From Desulfobulbus propionicus DSM 2032 (GTDB lineage: Bacteria > Desulfobacterota > Desulfobulbia > Desulfobulbales > Desulfobulbaceae): 32,000 bases of DNA. The stretch lies in NCBI RefSeq assembly GCF_000186885.1, contig NC_014972.1, forward strand, positions 210,001 to 242,000. The letters are read 5' to 3'. Below the pieces are notes generated by a model. The model was not told the origin of the DNA and did no database searches. It saw nothing but the letters and a program-made list of their open reading frames with translations. The translations under genes and the position numbers were made by a program. Below, piece by piece: positions 16,276 to 25,605 of the stretch. The first letter of the stretch is position 1. Every line of letters starts with the position of its first letter.

Positions 16276-16350
16276 CACGGCGTATCCGTGTCGCATTGTA
16301 ACATTTTGAAATTAAAAACGATTAAAACGAATTTCTAATTCCTAATCCTG

Positions 16351-16383
16351 GTGCCGCAGGTTCGAATCCTGCCTGGAGCACCA
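16351..16383 (+). other. 3' tRNA fragment (T-arm, acceptor strand and CCA), probable attachment-site remnant
   Basis: GCAGG-TTCGAAT-CCTGC-CTGGAGC-A-CCA (16356-16383). No 5' half is present upstream; lies directly downstream of the integrase. Confidence 0.75.
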
Positions 16384-16390
16384 ATAAACA

Positions 16391-16432
16391 AAGGCCAAAA
16401 GCTCAAGAATACAGAGCTTTTGGCCTTTTCTT
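16391..16432 (+). terminator. Rho-independent terminator
   Basis: AAGGCCAAAAGCTC (16391-16404) / GAGCTTTTGGCCTT (16414-16427) with flanking A and T tracts. Confidence 0.75.
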
Positions 16433-16605
16433 TTTCGTTGATTTTTACCTATGGTTGGCATAGCTTTGCCCTAACGATTTTGCCACCGGTTGCTCCTTCG
16501 TAAGACTTGCCGACAATGATTTTGAACGGCAAAAGAGTTCTGACGCGTTCTTACAGCTCTGCGAGGCAATCTTTCCACCTCAATTGTGCGTATTCCGGAG
16601 TAAGC

Positions 16606-16666
16606 CGGCCACTGATTCCGTTTCAAGTCGGCCGGGTATTCCGGTTGAAAGCGGCCACTGATTCCG
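16606..16666. repeat. Two copies of CGGCCACTGATTCCG, resembling terminal repeats of an IS21-like element (no transposase)
   Basis: Perfect 15-nt direct repeats at 16606-16620 and 16652-16666 with related GTATTCCGG motifs between them. Confidence 0.4.
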
Positions 16667-16709
16667 GTCGACAGGCCACCTCATTGAGGGGGTAGTGGCC
16701 CACTGTCGT

Positions 16710-16736
16710 GCGAGTTCGAGTCTCGCCTTCGCACCA
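16710..16736 (+). other. Second 3' tRNA-like fragment
   Basis: GCGAG-TTCGAGT-CTCGC-CTTCGCACCA; the acceptor strand appears one nucleotide short of canonical. Confidence 0.4.
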
Positions 16737-16771
16737 TCCTAACATCCGAGTAAGTCCAAGGATGTCTTGAA

Positions 16772-16800
16772 AGCCCAGTAAACACTGGGCTTTTTCTTTT
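16772..16800 (+). terminator. Rho-independent terminator
   Basis: AGCCCAGT (16772-16779) / ACTGGGCT (16784-16791) followed by T-rich tract. Confidence 0.65.
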
Positions 16801-17187
16801 TCCGTTGTCCGAGACTGTCCGCCTTGCTACGCTAAAATCTAAAGCCTTGGGGATACTTTTGGGAATATACCCCCGTGCCCCAATCTAGCGTATCCGCAAA
16901 AAACGGAGCCAGCCTTCATACCTGAGCCGATTGTCCCGTTATCTGCTCTTGCTAACCGTCGATCATGGCTTGATGGGCCTACATGCCGGATTATTTTCAA
17001 GGAGGAGTTTTTTTGTTGACTCGTTATATTTTTAAAAATATAACAAATGCCATTGCATCCCAATCAACCGACTCGAGGGGGATCCGCTCGTGACTTCTCG
17101 CTTATCCGTGCAGGATTTGCGTTAACGCGACTACGTTGAAGGCGGTTCCGCTTGCGGCTCCAAGCCATGACATTCAGGAGATTAACC

Positions 17188-17586
17188 ATGAGATTTAATG
17201 CGGTGCACGGGGCCATTCTTGCTCTCTGCTGGACATGCATTGCTGCCTTGCCGGTATGTGCCACGGGTGGACAAGGACCAGAACACGTGGTCATCCAATC
17301 GACGATTGACAAGGAAAAGGTGGCAAAGCCAGCCTACCTACCGCACCACAACCACCAATGGCTGGAATGCGATGGCTGCCATCACAGCAAAGGACCGGGC
17401 GGTAAAATGGAGGACTATGTGGCTGGGCAAAAAATTAAACAATGTGAAACCTGCCACAATAGCAAGGCAGTCATGCCAGAACCAATAGCGACGCTTAAAC
17501 GGGCCAGCCACAGGCTCTGCATGGAATGCCACCTCCAGCAGGACAAAGATCTCGCCAGGTGTGGTGTCTGTCATACCAACAAATAA
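17188..17586 (+). CDS. Periplasmic tetraheme cytochrome c (class III / c3-like)
   Basis: Signal peptide-like N-terminus and four CxxCH motifs: CDGCH, CETCH, CMECH, CGVCH. Confidence 0.85.
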   Translation: MRFNAVHGAILALCWTCIAALPVCATGGQGPEHVVIQSTIDKEKVAKPAYLPHHNHQWLECDGCHHSKGPGGKMEDYVAGQKIKQCETCHNSKAVMPEPIATLKRASHRLCMECHLQQDKDLARCGVCHTNK

Positions 17587-17627
17587 CCGCTTCTCGTGAT
17601 GAGAAAATTGTGCGAATAGGAGCCACC

Positions 17628-18422
17628 ATGGATTCTGAAAACGAAAAGAGACTGAAAGGAGTTTCCCGACGGCAATGGCTGCTTGGGACCGGGGCGTTGG
17701 CAACAACCGCTGCCCTGGCGCATCTGGGTGGGGTGTTGCAACCGGCCCGTGCCATGGGCGGCAACACCGAAAAATGGCCGTGGCCCTATGAAAAGCTCGA
17801 TCCGATGGCCACCGCTGAACTTGCGTATAAAGAATGGTACCGAGTGTATTGCGGTTGCGCGGTTATCAGTAGCGTCTTCACCCAGCTACGAGAAAAGGTC
17901 GGCGAACCCTACGTTTCCTTTCCCATCGATGCCTTTGTCTTTCTTGAGGGTGGCGTGGCCAGTTGGGGCACGATCTGCGGCTCAAATGCTGGCGCGAACA
18001 TCGTCGCCAACCTGATCATCGGCCCGCGAATTGCCGGTGCTGATGAGGGGCACCTGATCGGAACGGATATCATGCAGTGGTATTGCGAGACAGCTCTTCC
18101 TGTTTTTAAACCGAAAGAGCCTGCCTTCAAGGGCAACATTCCGCAGACCATCAGCGAATCGCCACTCTGTCATGTCTCGGTCGGTAAGTGGATGGCGGTT
18201 GCCGACAAAACGGTCGGCAGCCCAGAGCGCAAAGACCGTTGTGCGCGGGTGACGGCCAGCGTGGCCTATCACCTGGTGGAGCTGCTCAACGACTGGAAGG
18301 ACGGCAAATACGAGGAAGAGGGGGACTGGGCCCCGATCTCCGATCACGGCATCAATGCCCAACCCAATTGCATGGAGTGCCACGGCGGCGGCGTACCCGA
18401 GGCCCCAAGGAAGAAAGGCTGA
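17628..18422 (+). CDS. Split-Soret cytochrome c-like / C_GCAxxG_C_C-type Tat-exported protein
   Basis: Tat-like SRRQWLLGTGALATTAALAHL; YCGCAV...SNAGANIVANLIIGPR; C-terminal CMECH. Confidence 0.7.
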   Translation: MDSENEKRLKGVSRRQWLLGTGALATTAALAHLGGVLQPARAMGGNTEKWPWPYEKLDPMATAELAYKEWYRVYCGCAVISSVFTQLREKVGEPYVSFPIDAFVFLEGGVASWGTICGSNAGANIVANLIIGPRIAGADEGHLIGTDIMQWYCETALPVFKPKEPAFKGNIPQTISESPLCHVSVGKWMAVADKTVGSPERKDRCARVTASVAYHLVELLNDWKDGKYEEEGDWAPISDHGINAQPNCMECHGGGVPEAPRKKG

Positions 18423-18633
18423 CAACCTGTTTACCGCGCCCCCTTTCCCCCCAGGCCGCGTACTTCGCGGAGAACGGAGGGGCAGGAAGGGCGCGAACGT
18501 GCACCCTCCTGATGCAGTCTTCGGCGATGTGATTCCGGCAAAAGGCTGGCGCGGAGAACCGGGACTCTATTGCCACCATCATGACCACCCTTGAGCCGGC
18601 GGGATCTCCAGCCATGGAGACAAGGCCCGACGG

Positions 18634-19689
18634 CTACAGCAACTTGCGGAAGGCAGATGCCTTGATCACCGCCACCACCTCTTTTCCTGTTTCCAACGCC
18701 AACTCGCGCATCGATTCCGGAACGATCTGCACGGTCATGGTCTGGGAGCCGCACTGCAGTTCCACTCGCACCCGGTTGCCGACGGTGAACAGCTTGCGCA
18801 CGGTACAGGGGAGCAGGTTGCGGGCACTGGTGGCTTCGGGATGGCGTTTGAAGAGCAGAATCTCCCGGGCATCGAGTTCAAAGACATTCTCCTCGTTTTC
18901 GCCTTGTTCGGTGAGCACCAGGCGCACATCTCCCCACTGATAGGCCCAGAGATCGCCCTGCGGCTGCGGTCGGCCCAACCGCAGCAGGTTGACATAGCCC
19001 TGGCGGGAGGCCGCCCAGGCGGACTGCGCCAGTTCCTCGGTGGCCATCTGCCGCTTGACCTCTCCCTGTTCCACCACCAGCACCTGCTCGGTCATCAGCC
19101 GCATCTCCAACAGGGAATGGCTGATGAACAGCAGGGGAATGTCGAAGCGGGAAAACACCGAGTTGAGGTAGGGCATGATCTGAAACTTCAGTTCCTCATC
19201 CAGGCCGGTGAGTGGTTCATCCATGAGAATCAAGCGGGGGCAGGAGAGGATGGTGCGGCCCAGGGCCACCCGTTGGCGTTCGCCGCCGGAGAGCAGATTG
19301 ACGCCCCGGTCCAGCAGGTGCGCCAGATGGAGGACCTCGATGATCGCCTCCGGCTCAACATGCCGCTCGGCCTCCGGCGTGCGCCGCCAGCCGTAGAGCA
19401 GGTTGCGGCGCACGCTCATGTGCGGAAAGAGATGGGCATGCTGAAAGACGACACCGATGCGGCGCTGTTCCGGTGGCAGGTTGATGCCGCGAGCACTGTC
19501 AAACAGCACTGTTTCATCCAGGTGGATGGAACCGCTGTCCGGCTTGAGCAGTCCGGCCAGCAGGTGCATTAGCGTAGATTTACCACTGCCCGAGGGTCCA
19601 AACAGGCCGATACGTTGACCGGAGAGGCTGAATTCGGCGGTGAATTGAAAGGTGCCCTGTTGCTTGCGGAGGGAAACGTCCAGGTGCAT
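18634..19689 (-). CDS. modC: Molybdate ABC transporter ATP-binding protein
   Basis: [52 protein letters not shown]; C-terminal MOP-like region; gene order modE-A-B-C. Confidence 0.9.
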   Translation of the reverse strand: MHLDVSLRKQQGTFQFTAEFSLSGQRIGLFGPSGSGKSTLMHLLAGLLKPDSGSIHLDETVLFDSARGINLPPEQRRIGVVFQHAHLFPHMSVRRNLLYGWRRTPEAERHVEPEAIIEVLHLAHLLDRGVNLLSGGERQRVALGRTILSCPRLILMDEPLTGLDEELKFQIMPYLNSVFSRFDIPLLFISHSLLEMRLMTEQVLVVEQGEVKRQMATEELAQSAWAASRQGYVNLLRLGRPQPQGDLWAYQWGDVRLVLTEQGENEENVFELDAREILLFKRHPEATSARNLLPCTVRKLFTVGNRVRVELQCGSQTMTVQIVPESMRELALETGKEVVAVIKASAFRKLL

Positions 19690-19690
19690 G

Positions 19691-20368
19691 CTATTTTTTG
19701 TCCAGCGATTTACTGGCCGCGCCACTGGCCAACAAGACGATAAAGGAAAGGATGATCGACACCATGCAGAGCGACAGCGCCATGCGGTCACCCCCCGGGG
19801 TGCTGGTGTATTCGTAGATGGCCAGCGGTATGGTCTGGGTGACCCCGGGAATGTTGCCGGCCAGGATGATGGTGGCCCCGAACTCGCCCAGGCTGCGGGC
19901 GAACATCAGGGTCATGCCGGCAAAGACCGCCCGTCCGGAAAGCGGCAGGGTCACGGTGAAAAAGGCGTCCCAGCCGCTGGCGCCCAGGGTGCGGGCTGCC
20001 CGGTGATAGGCGGGATCAACCAATTCCATGCCCAGGCGGATCGAGCGGACCAAGAGGGGGAAACCGACCACGGCCGAGGCAATAATAGCCCCGGTAAGGG
20101 TGAAGATAATCTGGATGTTGTACTCCATGAGCCATGAGCCGATCCAGCCCCGGCGGCCAAAGAGCACCAACAATAGGTAGCCGATCACCACCGGGGGCAG
20201 CACCAGCGGCAGGTTGACGATACCCTCGATGATGGCCTTGCCCGGAATGCGGGTGTGGACGAGCAGATAGGCGACACCGATGCCCAGCGGCGTGGAGAGC
20301 AAGGTGGCCGTGCAGGCCACCTTGAAGGAAAGCAGGATCGCGTCGAGATCCGAGGGTTGCAGAAACAT
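19691..20368 (-). CDS. modB: Molybdate ABC transporter permease
   Basis: Hydrophobic permease with ARTLGASGWDAFFTVTLPLSGRAVFAGMTLMFARSLGEFGATIILAGNIPG. Confidence 0.92.
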   Translation of the reverse strand: MFLQPSDLDAILLSFKVACTATLLSTPLGIGVAYLLVHTRIPGKAIIEGIVNLPLVLPPVVIGYLLLVLFGRRGWIGSWLMEYNIQIIFTLTGAIIASAVVGFPLLVRSIRLGMELVDPAYHRAARTLGASGWDAFFTVTLPLSGRAVFAGMTLMFARSLGEFGATIILAGNIPGVTQTIPLAIYEYTSTPGGDRMALSLCMVSIILSFIVLLASGAASKSLDKK

Positions 20369-20396
20369 GCGATGTAGCCCGACAGCACAAGCCCGA

Positions 20397-21155
20397 TTAT
20401 TTCGGGGCGCTGAAGCCGTAGTGCAAAAAGACCTTCAGTCCCTCCGGACCGATGAGGAAGGTGTAGAAGGCCTTGGCCTCGGCCTTCTTGGCACCATCCG
20501 CGGTCAGGGCAATCGGGTAGGTCACCCTTTCATAGAGATCCTGGGGAACCTCGAACAGGATCACCGCCTTTTCGGCCATCAGGGCATCGGTCTTGTAGAC
20601 AAAGGCGCCATCGGTTTCGCCCCGGTCGGCATAGGTCAGCGATTGACGCACGTCCTTGGCCATGACCAGCTTCTGTGCCTCTTCCAGTTGTTTGTAGATG
20701 GCGGCCTTTTCCATGGCCTGAGCCGCATACTCGCCGGCGGGCACGCTTTTCGGGCTGCCGATGGCGATCTGCTTCAAGGTGACGATATCCGCCAACGTGG
20801 TCACGGCTGGATTCTTCATGCCGACAAAGACCAGGGTGTTGGCGGCCAAAATTTTCTCGCTGGCCGGATCGATCTTTTTTTCGTCGCGGAGATAGGTCAT
20901 CCACTTCTGGTTGGCCGAGATGAAGATATCCGCCGGCGCGCCCTCGACGATCTGTTTGGCCAGGGTGCCGGAGGGCCCATAATTAGGCACGATCTGGGCG
21001 TGCTTGCCCGAGGCGCCGAATTGGGCGGCCAGTTCCTTCATGGCGTCGGTCATGGAGGCCGGAACCGAGATGCGGATCTCCTCGGCAGCCTGGAGGAGGG
21101 AGGCGCTCAACAGGCAGGTAAAGATGGTGGCGACGATGGCTTGTAGTGATTTCAT
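20397..21155 (-). CDS. modA: Molybdate ABC transporter substrate-binding protein
   Basis: Signal peptide; ISVPASMTDAMKELAAQF...VPNYGPSGTLAKQIVEGAPADIFISANQKWM. Confidence 0.92.
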   Translation of the reverse strand: MKSLQAIVATIFTCLLSASLLQAAEEIRISVPASMTDAMKELAAQFGASGKHAQIVPNYGPSGTLAKQIVEGAPADIFISANQKWMTYLRDEKKIDPASEKILAANTLVFVGMKNPAVTTLADIVTLKQIAIGSPKSVPAGEYAAQAMEKAAIYKQLEEAQKLVMAKDVRQSLTYADRGETDGAFVYKTDALMAEKAVILFEVPQDLYERVTYPIALTADGAKKAEAKAFYTFLIGPEGLKVFLHYGFSAPK

Positions 21156-21229
21156 TGTGTTCTCCTCAGCAAAGGTACAAATGCCCGAACGATCTCGGGT
21201 GGTTTCGTTCTTTTTGCAGCCTCGGTGCG

Positions 21230-22039
21230 TTAGGCAACAGCCAGCAACACATCCGAGGCCTTGATCACCGCCGCGACCGGCATCCCCTCTTTCAGACCCA
21301 AGCGTTTGACGCTCTCCGAGGTCAGGATCGAGGTGACCGTGTTGCCGCCGGCGAGATCGATGATCACCTCGTCGTTGACCACGCCGGGCACGATGCGATT
21401 CACCGTGCCTTCCAGGATATTGCGGGCGGAGATCTTGTTGCGGTCGACCTCCAACGCCAGCATCACAGAGGGTGCCTTGACGATGGCCAGCACTTCGGAA
21501 CCGATTTCGAGTCCCAATCGCTGTACCGAGTTATCCGTAATCACCGAGACAATGGTATCCTGCTCCTTGAGGGCCACGGTGACCACGCTGTTCACTGCCC
21601 CTTTTTCGATCTTGGCGACGTTGCCCAGCCAGACATTGCGGGCACTGATCTTCATTTCTATTCTCCTGAGTGTTTTCAAGGTGTTGAATGCCTCGTCCGG
21701 CGAGAAATAAAAAAAATTAAGAAAGCTGGTGAATTCCCGCTGCAGGGTTCGCGCCCGTTGCAGAAAGGCGTGGCCGGCTTCGGTCAGCACCGTCCCGCCC
21801 CCGCCACTGCCGCCCACCTGGCGCCTGAGCAGTGGTTCCGAGCTGAGGTTGTTGAGATTTTCAATCTTCTCCCAGGCGGCCTTGTAGCTTATACCCACGG
21901 TTTTGGCCGCCTGGTTGATCGAGCCGCAGCGGTCGATTTCCTCCAGCAGGGGCACCGTTGGGTTTTTTTTGTTCGATGAACCGAGGATATGCTGGAGAAA
22001 AAGCGAATCTGATGCCGGTGAAACTGGCTGTGTTGTCAT
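21230..22039 (-). CDS. modE: Molybdenum-dependent regulator with C-terminal MOP domains
   Basis: CGSINQAAKTVGISYKAAWEKIENLNNLSSEPLLRRQVGGSGGGGTVLTEAG HTH plus two TOBE/MOP-like repeats (ISARNVWLGNV..., ISARNILEGTV...). Confidence 0.92.
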   Translation of the reverse strand: MTTQPVSPASDSLFLQHILGSSNKKNPTVPLLEEIDRCGSINQAAKTVGISYKAAWEKIENLNNLSSEPLLRRQVGGSGGGGTVLTEAGHAFLQRARTLQREFTSFLNFFYFSPDEAFNTLKTLRRIEMKISARNVWLGNVAKIEKGAVNSVVTVALKEQDTIVSVITDNSVQRLGLEIGSEVLAIVKAPSVMLALEVDRNKISARNILEGTVNRIVPGVVNDEVIIDLAGGNTVTSILTSESVKRLGLKEGMPVAAVIKASDVLLAVA

Positions 22040-22055
22040 ACGAGTGCACCTTTTT

Positions 22056-22077
22056 CGTTATTCGATATGGAATAACG
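22056..22077. promoter_or_regulatory. Candidate ModE-binding palindrome
   Basis: CGTTATTC-GATATG-GAATAACG immediately upstream of modE. Confidence 0.65.
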
Positions 22078-22311
22078 AAATACGCTATTCCACCCTGTTT
22101 GTAAAGTATCGATCATGCAATAACGAAATCTTTGCTCGTGACCGGCGCGATGCAACACCGATTTCTCGGAAAAAAGACGATGCCGATTTTTTCAGATATG
22201 ACCGGTGTGGATGGCGATCACGTGCAAGGATATGCCCGGCCGTCCCGACGCGGCAGGCACCACCTCGGGCTCACCCTGTGTGAGCCGCCCATCGCTGCGC
22301 CGGTCACGGCT

Positions 22312-23358
22312 TCATTGTGCCAGGCGGGAGACAATCAGCAGGCGTAGATCCTCGGTCGGGGTGAAGTTGGTCTTTTCCACCACAAAGGTGGTCGGACCGG
22401 TTTTGCGGATGCCGTCCATGCACAGGGACAGGATGTTGTCCGGTGACCCTTTGTCGATGGTCAGGCGAAAGGTGCCGATGGGTCCATGCCAGGTATTGGC
22501 CGTGGTCAGCACATAGTCCAGGAAGAGGGCCGTGCCGGTGCCGGCCAGCTCGCCGGCCGAGGCATGGTGCAGCCGCTTGACCAGGCCTTTGCGGGTGGTG
22601 TCGTCGATGCAGTAGGTCTGGATCAGTTCCCGTTGGTAGGGGTCGAGATCCCGTTCCTGCTTGGGCCAGCTAAAAATGCCCCCCGGCGGGGCGGGCGCGT
22701 AGCGATGGTCAATGGTTATCTCCCGGCCGGCGGGAAAGACCTGAGGCCAGTGATAGCGAACGATGATGGACCAGGCGGGGCGGGGCGGCTCACCGTCAAA
22801 AAAATCGGCCAACTTCCCGGCGCGCAACCGATCCTTGGACGGCTGCGGCAGACGTGCGATCATGGCCGCCACCTCGGTGACATTGAGCGACAGCGGTATG
22901 CCCAGTTCCTTGAGCACGGCGGTGACATCCTCGCCGGGCGTATCGTAGCCGGCCGAAAGCGGGCGCTGTGCCTCGAAATGCGGTTCCCGGACAGCGATGC
23001 GGTCGCTTTGGACAGGGATTCGTTGTCCGTTGACCGAGGCAATGAAATCGACCACATTCTCCCGGGCCAGCTGCTGCTCGGAGAGGGCGAAGCCGGAGTC
23101 GGTCAGGGCGGCCAAGGAGATCGGCGGCAGGGGGAAAATAACCTCCCCCTGAACGTCCATGGCCCCCTCGTTGCGGAACACGGATCGCACGCGCACCTGG
23201 CCGGGGCTAAGAAAGAGATCCTCGGCAAGCATGCGGACGCTCGCGTTCTTGTGGAAATGCAGGCCAGTGGCGCTCAAGCCACCGAAGCCGTCGTTGGCGC
23301 GGCAGATGGCTGGTGCGAGCAGCAGGCAGCAGAGCAGGAGTCGGATCAGGTGTTTCAT
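22312..23358 (-). CDS. DUF4424-like secreted protein
   Basis: Signal peptide; GFALSEQQ, YHWPQVFPAG, TYCIDDTT segments resemble the DUF4424 family. Confidence 0.6.
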   Translation of the reverse strand: MKHLIRLLLCCLLLAPAICRANDGFGGLSATGLHFHKNASVRMLAEDLFLSPGQVRVRSVFRNEGAMDVQGEVIFPLPPISLAALTDSGFALSEQQLARENVVDFIASVNGQRIPVQSDRIAVREPHFEAQRPLSAGYDTPGEDVTAVLKELGIPLSLNVTEVAAMIARLPQPSKDRLRAGKLADFFDGEPPRPAWSIIVRYHWPQVFPAGREITIDHRYAPAPPGGIFSWPKQERDLDPYQRELIQTYCIDDTTRKGLVKRLHHASAGELAGTGTALFLDYVLTTANTWHGPIGTFRLTIDKGSPDNILSLCMDGIRKTGPTTFVVEKTNFTPTEDLRLLIVSRLAQ

Positions 23359-23369
23359 GAGCGACCTCG

Positions 23370-25487
23370 TCAGGGGGAAGGGGGGGGCAGGACCCGCATC
23401 CGCGCGTCCAAGGCAAGGAGGGCGCCGGTGGGGAGAATGCGGACCGGGTTGACATCCAGTTCAGCGATCCGCGGGCAATCAACGAGCAAGCGGGCGACAT
23501 TGCCGACCGCCTGGATGAACGGCTCGGGATCGATGGGTGGTTGCCCGCGCATCCCGGCCAGAATCCGTCCGGCCTTGAGCCGTTCCAGCTTGGCCCGGAT
23601 TTCCGCCGTCGAGGTGGGGCACAAGACCCGCTCCACATCCTGGAAAAGCTCGACGAGAATGCCGCCGGACCCGAACAGGACCACGGGACCAAAGGAAGGA
23701 TCGCGCAGGCCGCCGATAAAAAAATCAAGCCCCGCCGGAGCCATGGCCATGACCCGCACCCCCGCGAGTTCCGCCCCGGGGCAATGGCGGGCCAGATTGT
23801 CCTTGATGCGTGTGAATCCCCGCCGCGCCTCCTCGGGGGAACCGATCCCGACCAGGACGCCGCCGACCTCGGTTTTGTGGATCGCGGCCGGGGACACCAC
23901 CTTGAGCACCACCGGACAGCCGATCCGCTCCGCCAAGGCCTCCGCCTCCTCGGCGGTCCGGGCGACCAACGCGGGCGGACTGGGCACGTCGTACAGGCCA
24001 AGCAGCTCCAGTCCCTCCTCGCCGACAAGACCGGCCCGTGCATTCAGCCACACACGGGCTTCCTCGGCGCGAGGCCAGGGGGGCGGGGTGTCGCTCTGCA
24101 AGGGCCCCGCCGCCTTGTGGACATGAAAATCCATCTGGCGGCGCAGGGCGCGAATGGCCTCCTCCGGGCCGTCGAACACCGGCAACGGCGCCCGAGCCTT
24201 GAGCGCGGCGATGACCGGTGCGTCGCCGTAGAGCACCAGGGCCAAGGGCTTGTCGGCAGAGCGCATGGCGCCGGCCAGTTCCAGGCTGATGTCGGTGGTG
24301 AACATGGCGGTGAACACATCGCTGCCGCCGGCAGGCATCCGTGGCCACTGACTGGCATAGATCGCCCCATCCACCTCGGAGCTGGCGAGCACATGGCTGA
24401 ACATCATGGGGTACTTGTCGATTTGGTAAAGGTCGCCCATGTCCAGCGGATTGCCGAGGCGGATGATGCCGGCGTTGGCGATCCCGGCCAGCTCGGTGTA
24501 AAAGGCCTGTCCCGGATCGGCAAAGGCAAAGCCCGCCTGCTCGCAGTCATCGGCCATGGCCACGCCCAGACCGCCGGCCGGGCTCATGACCATGATCCGC
24601 TTGCCGCGCATCGGCGGCAGATCAAAGGCCTTGGCCGTGGTGATGAAGTCGTGCAGGTGATGGATGCGGATGATCCCCGCCCGGGCGCAGGCGGTGTCGA
24701 TGATCGCCTCGTCGTGGGCAAGCGAGGCGGTGTGGCTCATGGCCGCCCGGCTGCCGGCCTCGGTCGTGTTGGCCTTGTAGAGGATCACCGGTTTGTCGAT
24801 CCGTGCGGCCAGCTCCACCAGGCGGCAGCCGTTGCCGATCTGCTCCAGGTAAAGACCGATGACCCGGGTGGACGGGTCTGTGGCGAGGTATTCGAGCACA
24901 TCACATTCATCGAGGTCGAGCTTGTTGCCGATGCTGGCGAACTTGGCCAAGCCCACTTGCTCGCTTTCCAGGAGATTCCAGAGGAACAGCCCCAGGCCGC
25001 CGCTTTGGGTGATGAGCGAGAAAGTGCCGTGTCTGACCGGGAAGGAGGGCACAAAGGGGAGACAGAGACCACTTGCGGTATCGGCCAGGGTCAGGCCATT
25101 GGGACCGACAAAGCGGATGCCGTGACGGCGGGCGGCGTCCCGCAGTTGGGCAGCCAGGGCCATGCCGCCTTCGCTTGATTCGTTGAAACCGCCGGACTGT
25201 ACCGCCAGCCGCGTGATTCCGGCCCGCCCGCAGTCCTCGACCGCGGCCGGCACATAGCGGGCCGGGATGAGCACGACCGCCAGTTCGGGCGCCACCGGCA
25301 GCTCAGCGGCGCTGCGGACAACGCGGATGCCGCCGACATCGGTCTCGTCGGTGGCTGGATTGACGCCGAAGATGCGGCCGCGATACCCCCAGCGGAGACA
25401 GTTGTCGACAATGATGCGCGGGGTGTTGCCGGGCTTGGAGGAGAGTCCGTAGACCGCAAGGGAGGCGGGGGCAAAAAAGTGATCCAT
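23370..25487 (-). CDS. Acetate/acyl-CoA ligase (ADP-forming), fused alpha and beta domains
   Basis: CoA-binding domain SLAVYGLSSKPGNTPRIIVDNC...IFGVNP; SQSGGLGLFLWN; ATP-grasp VLKVVSPAAIHKTEVGGV and FGSGGILVEL. Confidence 0.88.
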   Translation of the reverse strand: MDHFFAPASLAVYGLSSKPGNTPRIIVDNCLRWGYRGRIFGVNPATDETDVGGIRVVRSAAELPVAPELAVVLIPARYVPAAVEDCGRAGITRLAVQSGGFNESSEGGMALAAQLRDAARRHGIRFVGPNGLTLADTASGLCLPFVPSFPVRHGTFSLITQSGGLGLFLWNLLESEQVGLAKFASIGNKLDLDECDVLEYLATDPSTRVIGLYLEQIGNGCRLVELAARIDKPVILYKANTTEAGSRAAMSHTASLAHDEAIIDTACARAGIIRIHHLHDFITTAKAFDLPPMRGKRIMVMSPAGGLGVAMADDCEQAGFAFADPGQAFYTELAGIANAGIIRLGNPLDMGDLYQIDKYPMMFSHVLASSEVDGAIYASQWPRMPAGGSDVFTAMFTTDISLELAGAMRSADKPLALVLYGDAPVIAALKARAPLPVFDGPEEAIRALRRQMDFHVHKAAGPLQSDTPPPWPRAEEARVWLNARAGLVGEEGLELLGLYDVPSPPALVARTAEEAEALAERIGCPVVLKVVSPAAIHKTEVGGVLVGIGSPEEARRGFTRIKDNLARHCPGAELAGVRVMAMAPAGLDFFIGGLRDPSFGPVVLFGSGGILVELFQDVERVLCPTSTAEIRAKLERLKAGRILAGMRGQPPIDPEPFIQAVGNVARLLVDCPRIAELDVNPVRILPTGALLALDARMRVLPPPSP

Positions 25488-25605
25488 GGGCGGTTACCTG
25501 GCGGGATGCAGGAAAAGGCCTGCTGGGTTAACGGTTCGGTCTGTCGAGCGGGATTCTCTTCACGTACGTTTTTCTTTTCCTTGTGGCGCGGCAGGACGGC
25601 ACTTT

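Noticed and set aside
16507-16695. 62-aa plus-strand ORF
   Set aside because: Overlaps the IS-like repeats; no protein-like features.
10921-16791. Possible repeat relationship between the two AGCCCA...TGGGCT hairpins (10921-10943 and 16772-16791)
   Set aside because: Both are ordinary short terminator hairpins with no similarity beyond the stem core.
18841-19572. 243-aa plus-strand ORF
   Set aside because: Antisense to modC with its Walker and signature motifs.
20280-21146. 288-aa plus-strand ORF
   Set aside because: Antisense to modA, which has a clear signal peptide and substrate-binding motifs.
22486-25178. Long plus-strand ORFs 22486..24126 and 23541..25178
   Set aside because: Antisense to the DUF4424-like and ADP-forming acyl-CoA synthetase genes; they have no recognisable motifs.
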